From Hyaloraphidium curvatum SAG 235-1 (Eukaryota > Fungi > Monoblepharomycota), in contig JAIVFI010000029.1 of NCBI GenBank assembly GCA_025558095.1, positions 62,001-126,000 on the forward strand: 64,000 bases of DNA, in the 5' to 3' direction. The notes beneath the pieces were generated by a model that did no database searches, was not told the DNA's origin, and saw only the letters and a program-made list of their open reading frames with translations. Of the stretch, positions 56,589-64,000 are shown in pieces. The position numbers were made by a program, and so were the translations under genes. Numbering within the stretch: position 1 is the stretch's first letter; each line of letters opens with the position of its first letter.

Positions 56589-58564
56589 TCAAGCACTGCT
56601 GCCTCCACTTCCTCGCTTCCGTCCAGCGGCCTCCAGCAACCGAACGATCTCCTCCCTCTGCGCAAGAGTCGGCGGCGGGCGCTGCCCGTTCGCCCTCTCC
56701 ATCACCGCCTGCGCGTCGGACACGTGCGGAGCCTTGATCTTGTTCCGGCGGCATTCGTCGAGACGGATCCTGGCGGCATCGAGTGCGGAAGCGCTCCCGT
56801 CGCCGCTCTTTTTGAGCGGATCGGCTCCCAGCTCGAGCAGCATCTTGATCATGGGGATGTAGCCCTCCTTTGTGGCGTATCCCAGGACGGTCGGGAAGCC
56901 TCCGCCGGCGACGGCCGAGTCGGGATCCAAGCCGGCCTTCTCGATGGCGAAGCGCACGAGCGCGACATTGCCCATCTCGATCGAGACCCGGAGGTAGTCG
57001 TACTCGAGCATTCCGTCGGGCCCAATCATCCTGTGCGGAACATCGGCGAACGTCCCCAATCCGGCCTTCAGCAGCTCCGCCGCCACCTTCTCGCACTCGA
57101 GCGGGCTCCCCGCGAAGCTCCCCGCGATCATGTCCACGGGCCTCGACATGGGGCGGGGGCTCGCGTTCGGGAGCTCCGCGTCGGCACCGAGCTCGAGGAT
57201 CATCCGGACCTCGAGAGCCGCATCCCTGGGCGGCGCGTCGGCCCAGTTCCGGGGGTTCACCCAGCGCAGTCGGCATTCGAAACCCCACTGCTCGATCGCG
57301 TAGCTCAGCGGAGTGAGCCCCAAGCCCGATTCGAGGTTGGGATCGGCGCCGGCTGCCACGAGGACGCGTCCGATCCTGAGCGCGTGCTCGTAGCGCAAGG
57401 CACCCGGGCCGATCATTGAGGCCAGCACGTGCAGCGGGCGCACGAACATGTGCCGGGGGTCGTCCCTGTCGATCGCCCGCGAGACGTTGCCCTTGACAAT
57501 GCCTTCAATGACTTCCTTCATCCCGCCCACGGACGCTCCGAAGAAGTTGGCCAGGTCGGGAACCGCACCGTCTTCCGGCATGCCGATGGTCGGGTTGCGT
57601 GTCGGGCCGTTGGGATCGCACCCGATGCTGAGGCAGAACTCAATCGCGTCGGTCCCGCCGGAGCCCGCTGCCGAACCAGACTTCTTGTTGCCGAGGGTCT
57701 GCGCACCCAGCAGAGCAGCGGCGAGGAGGCTGTACGGCTGGTTCGAGTACATGGTGGGCCAGAGCTGCTCGGAGCGAACGATGAGACGAGGCAAAGGGGA
57801 AAAGTCATCAGGTCGCACCTTGGTTGGGTGAGTCGGCACTTTGGCCTCGTCCAGCAGCATCCTGGCGATCTTCACATCCCCGACGAGCATCGCAGTGTAG
57901 ATCGCGGGCGGAAACCATCCGTGGATGCCCTCGACGTTCTTGTGCTTCGGCACCTCGATCGCACACGTCGGATCTCCCCTGGCCGCGAGGTACATCCTGA
58001 GCTCCTTCACCAGGTTGGCGACCGCTTTTGGCCCCTTCTTGTCCCAGATCTGCTCCTGCCGTGCGTTGAACATGATCCTCGCGAGGTTCCATGTGGGCCG
58101 GTCGGACGCCTTGGTGGGCACGACGGTGGTGACCTTGAGGACAGGTCCGCGCAGATCCTGGAGCTCCTTGTTCGGAGGGAACCTGTTCGTGTGCGTCGGA
58201 AGCTTGTTCTCCTTGGGCTCCCCTTTCATGTTGGGAATACCCGGGACGATGATGCGCGGCTTGTCCGCGGGACGTTCCTTGCCGTAGAGCTGCCGGTGCC
58301 CCATCCCAGGCGTGCTGACACCGAACATGACGGCCACCATCAAATCGTCCATGCCGAAAGAGTTCTTCGTCGGGTCCAGAGGCATCGGAGCCGCGACACC
58401 CGCGCCAATCTTCTCGTTGACGAAGCCCGGCGGCGCCTCGCGGCAGACCTTCTTGTGGCCGGCGTTCCAGTAGGCCTAAAGCACGCCTGGCCGCAGAAGC
58501 TGACGGAACGGCAGCGGGAGCAGCGCTGCGTCGCGGCGGCGCCGCAGTTGGCGCAGGCGGCCAT
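56589..58564 (-). CDS. N-terminal MYND finger plus ankyrin-repeat protein (apparent -1 frameshift near 58478)
   Basis: MAACANCG...RCSRCRSVSFCGQACF/KAYWNAGHKKVC then joins the 598-aa ORF. Ankyrin motifs PLHVLA, GADPN, TPLSYA, LLELGADP. Confidence 0.8.
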
Positions 58565-58875
58565 CGTTCGAAGGGCTGTTTGGTCTTCGGCGGGCTCCTC
58601 TGCAGCGGACTGACATGTCAATGAGCAATGATAGATGAGGTCGCGATGACGACGGAGGCGCTCTCACCCAAATCTGGCGGGAAACGATGGCGGATGAGGA
58701 AGTTTGTTTCGCGGGGACCGCTGATTCATCAACCAAACAGACCACGCGAGAGACGAAGAGAACTGTGCTGCAAAAGAAATCACACTTCCTTTGCTACGCA
58801 CTGGAATGCTCGGAAAGCGCGTCGTTGCCCTCGTCTATCGCAATCTGCTGCCCAACCACGAGCAAACACTCCCAC

Positions 58876-61179
58876 TCACAGCTTCGACTTACCCGACGCC
58901 GCCGCAACCTCCACGATCGGCGGCAGCGGCCCCACCACCTTCCCCACGACCTCCATGACCGCCAGCACCTTCTCCTCCTCCAGCCTCCTCCCCACGATCT
59001 GCACCCCCACCGGCGCGTTTGCCATCCGCGAGCCCGCGGGGCCCCATTCGCCCGCGTACATGCGCGCCACGGCGTCGTCGATCCTGTTGGCGGTGTTCTT
59101 GGCGTAGTCGGCGGCGGGCGCGTCGCGGACGGGGTCGACGCGGGTGACGGGGACGATGCCGGCGGACCAGTCTTCAAAAGCGTAAGCACCCCGAATGTAA
59201 GCACCCCGAATGACCTTCGCGTCGCAGCCAGATGGGACCCACCCATCACGTTCCACGTCGTCGTGTAGACCAGCCCCAGGATCAGGTCCTTCATCCACCC
59301 CTTGACGGTCGCCGGGAACGGCGCGGGCGGGCAGATGATGGCGTCCATCCTCCCGCCCATCTGGGCGTTGTACCACGCCAGCCAGCGCCCGAGCAGGAGG
59401 TCGCGCTGGTACATGAGGTCAAAGTACTCGGGGGCCGTCATTCCGGTCTTGGTGCTGGACAGGATCTCGGGCATCAGGTTGTCCGAGGTGAAGGTGCTGA
59501 GGAGCTGCCGGGAGGTCAGGCGATGCGCCGCGCCGGCCGCGGTGGGTCCCCACCGCTGCGACGAACTTGCGGCCGCGGTTGCCCAGCCGCACGAGGTCAA
59601 TCGTGCTCTTGATCGAGGCCTCGACGGGCTCGCCGCTCTTGGCGAGCTGCCGCTTGATGTCCACGTAGTCCCCCGCGCTGCAACCGCCTCAGCCCGCCGC
59701 CCTCCCGCGCCCGAAACGCGGAGCACCCACAAGATCAGCCCCGCAAACATCTTCATCACCTCCCTCACGCTCGGCGCTCGGATCTCCTCGACCTCGTGAC
59801 CCGCCGCGCGGAGCTTCTCCACCGTCTCGAGCACCGCGCGGCGGCACGGCGGGGTGACGCGGATGCCGGTGTCGGTGTCGACGAAGTACCCCAGCCTGAG
59901 CTTGGCGGGGGTGGGGTAGGCACGCATGGGCAGGGGGACCGTGAACGCTGTCCCGCACGGGGACGGTCAGCTTCCGAGATACCGCCCGGGGCACGGCGGC
60001 GACGCCCACGATCGTCCCTGTTCGCCGCCCCCTCCCCCTCCGTCCCCACCACCGCCCTCATCCACAGTCTGAGCCCCTCGACCGAGTGCCCCATGGGCCC
60101 AAACACCCCCGGCACGCCGTGCTGCCCCATGTCGACGTTGGGCGCGCCGGTGGCCGGCACGCGGAGCGAGGAGGGCTTGAGCCCGAAGATGCCGTTGAAG
60201 TGGGAGGGGACACGGATGGAGCCGCCGACTGCGAGGGGGGTGGTCAAGGGATGGGGGGCAAAAGAGGGGGGTGAGGCGTACCGTCGGAGCCGCAGCCGAG
60301 CGGGGAGCCGCGGAGGGCGAGCAGCGCGCCTTCGCCGCCGCTTGAGCCACCGCAAGTCAGGGTGGTGTTGTTGGGGTTCGCGGTCCAGCCAAAGACGGGG
60401 TTGTCGGACTCGTAGCTGCGGCAGTGAGGCGAGTCAGCGAGGGATCAGATAATGGAGGAGAATACCCAGACGTCATCATGGATTGCTGGTAGGAAGGCGC
60501 CACGTTAGCCAGCTCTCCGGCACAGATGTTGCCGGACGCTTACTGGCACGTTGGTCTTGCACATGATCACGGCGCCGTGCTCCCGCAGCCTCTTGACGAC
60601 CGCGCCGTCCTCCGCGGCCGGGTTCTCGGCCCAGGCCACGAAGCCCGTGGTGGTGTCGACGCCCTTGACGTCGAAGTGATCCTTGACGGACACGGGGAGC
60701 CCGTGGAGCAGCCCGCGGGACCTGCCGGTGCGCGCGAATTCCTCGTCGATCTTGGGGGGAGACAGTCCCCGTCAGTTCCGCCAACCAAGGGGACTCCGGG
60801 CAGGCCCACGCACCTTCCTGGCGTCCTCGATGGCCTCCTCGAACATGATCTCGCTCAGGCAGTTGGTCAGCTGGTGCGCCAGCGCGGACCGCTTGCAGAA
60901 GGCGCGCGTGGCCTCTTCGGATTTCAGCTTCCCCGAGCTCAGGAGCTTGACCAGCTCGGGCGCGTCGAGCTCCGTGATCTCGAGCTCACGGGCCGACAGG
61001 GCGGCGCGGACGGCGGCGGGAGCGCCCGAGGGCGAGGAGCGGGCCTTGGCGATGGCCTCGGCGGGCAGCCGCCATTCCGCCGGGATGAGGGCTTCCTGCC
61101 GCGCTGGGGGGCCGTCAGGCGCGGCTCCGGGCGGGGGGACGGAGATATACCCTTCTTGGCATTCGCGATGCGTCGCCAT
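58876..61179 (-). CDS. Amidase-signature enzyme (fatty-acid amide hydrolase/acetamidase-like), multi-exon
   Basis: AHQLTNCLSE, LHGLPVSVKD, KTNVP, GGSSGGEG, GSD|VGGSIRVPS, GLKPS, PVGVQIVG. Ends GKSKL*. Confidence 0.92.
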
Positions 61180-61325
61180 TTCGGTTCCCAGAACATCCTG
61201 GCGAGCGGGAATCGGGTGGGAGTGTGGGCGGCGATTTCCCGATCACCCGATCAACAATCCCTTTGGGGCAACGCAACGAGGCCACGAGGTCGTTTGAGGG
61301 ACGTGTCCTCGCCAGAATCGCAGCG

Positions 61326-62414
61326 ATGGCGGACGTCCAGGAATCCGATTTTTCGCTCGCCTCGGACCTGTGCGCCAACAAGCGCGCGTACTACGCGCTC
61401 CTCGGCGCGGCCAACGCGGCGGACCTCGGGTTCGGGTGCGACGCGGCCAGCGGCCTCGCGTGGATCCACGCGTCGTGGCTGCTCGGGTTCTACAACCAAT
61501 GTGTCGCGCCGATGCGCGCGCCCGCAGGCTGCACGGCGGCGGACGCGGCAGGGGCGCTGGACACCATGGAGCGCGACCTCGCGCGGTTCGGCCGGCCCGC
61601 GCTGCTCATGCTTCCGTCCTCGAGCACGGCGGCCGGCGGGCCGTGGGACGGCTGCGATCCCGTGCTCCGCGCGGCGCTGGTGAAAAAGGGCTTCCTGCTC
61701 GTCCGCGGCGCCGACGGCGGCGTCTTCTCCATGGCCGCCGACCTGGCCTCCCTGGACGAGGCCGACCTCCGCCGCCGCATCGCCGACACCGAAGCCCGCC
61801 TGGACGTCGAGATCCTCGAGCTCGCCCGCCCAGGCGCCGCCGGCGACGGCCAGCCGACCCCCGAGGCCGTCATGGCCACCATGGTCCGCGGCTTCGGCTT
61901 CCCGAAATCCACGGCGCCCTACTTTGCCCGCACCCTGGGCTCGGCGCCGTGCGGCCCGCAGGGGCCGCTGAGGAACTACGTCGTGCTCAGGAAGGGGGAC
62001 CGCGCCTCGCCGCTGGGCTTCGTGAGCATCTTTGTGGAAGGCGGGACGGCGGGCATGTACAACCTCGCCGTGCCAAAGGAGTCCCGCGGCGGGCTGGGCG
62101 GACTGCTCACGCTGCGGTGCCTGCTGGACGCCAAGGCTTCCGGCTACAAGCACCTGCTGCTTCAACCGAGCCCCAAGGCCGTCGCGCTCTACAAGAAGAA
62201 CGGGTTCAGGGTGACCTCGGGGGGAGGCGAGGTGTGGCTGTACGGGAGCTGGAGGATGGGATGGTTCCCGTTCGCGCTGTTTTGGGCCGTGAGGGTCGGG
62301 TTCGCCGTGTGGGGGGTGGTGAAGGGGCCTGTTGGGCTGATCAGGAGGACGGTCGCGTGGGTGGGAAGGTTCTTCGGTTTGGGCAGCTCGGAAGGCAACG
62401 CCAAGGGCGCATAA
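61326..62414 (+). CDS. GNAT-family acetyltransferase
   Basis: C-terminal AGMYNLAVPKESRGGLG...LLLQPSPKAVALYKKNGF followed by a hydrophobic tail. Confidence 0.75.
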   Translation: MADVQESDFSLASDLCANKRAYYALLGAANAADLGFGCDAASGLAWIHASWLLGFYNQCVAPMRAPAGCTAADAAGALDTMERDLARFGRPALLMLPSSSTAAGGPWDGCDPVLRAALVKKGFLLVRGADGGVFSMAADLASLDEADLRRRIADTEARLDVEILELARPGAAGDGQPTPEAVMATMVRGFGFPKSTAPYFARTLGSAPCGPQGPLRNYVVLRKGDRASPLGFVSIFVEGGTAGMYNLAVPKESRGGLGGLLTLRCLLDAKASGYKHLLLQPSPKAVALYKKNGFRVTSGGGEVWLYGSWRMGWFPFALFWAVRVGFAVWGVVKGPVGLIRRTVAWVGRFFGLGSSEGNAKGA

Positions 62415-62810
62415 CTATTGTTTCATAGGCCTCTCTTGTACGTACGTGCGTTCCGGAATAACCGCGACGGCTCCGGACCGCAGCGCTCCCGGCATCGGCG
62501 ACCGCCTGGCCGGCATCCCACTTCCCCCGCCCAAGTCCCCGCGATGCCAGAGTTGCCGATTTGCTGAGGCAGGCGGCGGCCAAGAAGAAGCAAAGCGGGT
62601 GATTAGCTCTGCTGTCGAGGCGGAGACTCGTAGAGGGCCGAAGATCAGCGTGCCCGAGCTGGCGGCGAAGGAGCTGCATGAAGGTGACCACTGTGCTCAA
62701 TGCAATGAAATACAACACGATTATGGCCGGACGTTGGCAAATATGTGGTCGGAACCTGCCTGCCTACTTTAGACCCGAGCGGAGTTTCACCGCACGCCGC
62801 ACTCCACGAA

Positions 62811-64000
62811 ATGCCCTCCCGGCCGCGATTCGGCGCGATTCGGCCCGCAGGCTGGTTGCATGCCCGCATGCGCCACGATCTGGACGGTTTCGTGGGGCAC
62901 CTGGACGCGCTGGCGCCGGACATCCTGTCCGCGGACGAGATCTATGGCCGCGACCGCCTGACGCGTTCGACAAGCGGAAAAGACCTCGGCGCACTTGGTG
63001 ACGGCGAGAACGACGCGCAGTTTCTGTGGTGGAACAGCGAGAGCCAGTCCAACTGGCGCGATGGCTGGCTGCGTCACGTCTTGCTGGTCGGGAGCCCCGG
63101 GGAACGCGAGTCGGCCGGCACGTACGTCCGCCGCATGCTCGCCACCGCCGACGCCGGCGGGTACATCGGCATCTCGTGTCCCGACGTGCGATTTCCTCGA
63201 TCGGGGGAAAACGGCGAATTTTGGGCGCTGGCGACACTCGGTCGCGTGCTCCTCGCATACGCCGACGCCGGAGAGGACAAAACCCTGGCAGAAGCCGTTG
63301 TGCCCGCCCTGCGGCGCGCCCTTGCCGTGGTCATGGAGGCGTGGCCAATCGGTGGTGCCTCACCCTTCCCGGAGGACGGCTACGCCGGCGCGCTCCACGG
63401 CCTGATGCTCACGGATGTTCTCGATGCCGTGGCGGAGCGCACAGGGGACGACATGCTGCGCAGCTACGCGGCCTGGCTCTACCGTTCTTACAGCTCTGCA
63501 CCCAATTGCGAGCCCGATGCTCAGCTTCTGCGGCTCCTCGACCCCGAAATCCGCTTCGAGGGCCACGGCGTGCACACGTACGAGCACCTTCGCGCGCTTC
63601 TCGTTGCCTGGAGCGCGGAAGACGCCCCGGAGGACCTTTCCGATGGCCTGCAATCCTACCTAGCGCGCCTGGAGACTTGCCTGACCCCCGCCGGCGGACC
63701 CATCGGCGACGAATGGATCAAGGGGCGCGCCGCCGATCCCACCGAGACGGGCTACGAGCTCTGCTCGATCCAGGAGCTCCTCGACTCACTCCTCCACCTC
63801 GCTGCCGCCACCGACGACCTCCGCTGGGTCGACATTGCCGAGCTGACCCTCCTGAACGCCGGCATGGGCGCCTTCCACCCGGAACTCCCCGCAATTGCAT
63901 ACCTCTCCACCGACAACCAGGTCCGTATGACGGGGCAGCGCCCCGGCGCACCCGAGGACCCGAAGCAGACGCGGTACAGGTACTCCCCGCTTCACAGGGA
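62811..64000 (+). CDS. GH127/DUF1680-like (beta-L-arabinofuranosidase-like) glycoside hydrolase, 3'-truncated by the window edge
   Basis: Open frame MPSRPRFGAIRPAGWL...DLDGFVGHLD...WWNSESQSNWRDG...GHGVHTYEHLR...GGPIGDEWI...YELCSIQE. Absent from the ORF track because there is no stop in the window. Confidence 0.75.
   Translation, partial: MPSRPRFGAIRPAGWLHARMRHDLDGFVGHLDALAPDILSADEIYGRDRLTRSTSGKDLGALGDGENDAQFLWWNSESQSNWRDGWLRHVLLVGSPGERESAGTYVRRMLATADAGGYIGISCPDVRFPRSGENGEFWALATLGRVLLAYADAGEDKTLAEAVVPALRRALAVVMEAWPIGGASPFPEDGYAGALHGLMLTDVLDAVAERTGDDMLRSYAAWLYRSYSSAPNCEPDAQLLRLLDPEIRFEGHGVHTYEHLRALLVAWSAEDAPEDLSDGLQSYLARLETCLTPAGGPIGDEWIKGRAADPTETGYELCSIQELLDSLLHLAAATDDLRWVDIAELTLLNAGMGAFHPELPAIAYLSTDNQVRMTGQRPGAPEDPKQTRYRYSPLHR

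Overview
High-GC (visually about 65-70%) eukaryotic genomic DNA with short GT-AG introns of roughly 45-65 nt. The chitin synthase and Zn2Cys6 factor indicate a fungus. GC content and gene families suggest an early-diverging monoblepharid/chytrid such as Hyaloraphidium, but this is inference. About 30 genes can be called: class IV-like chitin synthase, VOC dioxygenase, two kinases, two SDRs, P450, MhpD-like hydratase, alpha/beta hydrolase, YeeE/YedE fusion, VNX1-type exchanger, HAD-IIA, prolyl oligopeptidase, TMEM135-like, MYND proteins, secreted FN3 protein, F-box-like, MATH-BTB, Zn-cluster TF, three gustatory-receptor-like multi-pass membrane paralogs, metallophosphoesterase, agmatinase, amidase, GNAT and a GH127-like gene running off the end. 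The main unexplained structure is a pair of diverged, inverted paralogous loci (about 9.0-10.75 kb on minus, 17.0-18.6 kb on plus). Each has a small leader ORF followed by a regular array of 10-11 short (58-77 nt) GT...AG units that fold into end-to-end hairpins (GTGGG...CCCAC-AG), separated by non-coding spacers. This is a candidate polycistronic mirtron-like small-RNA system. A decayed CRE-like non-LTR retrotransposon 3' end is also present. Splice models and foldings were done by eye.
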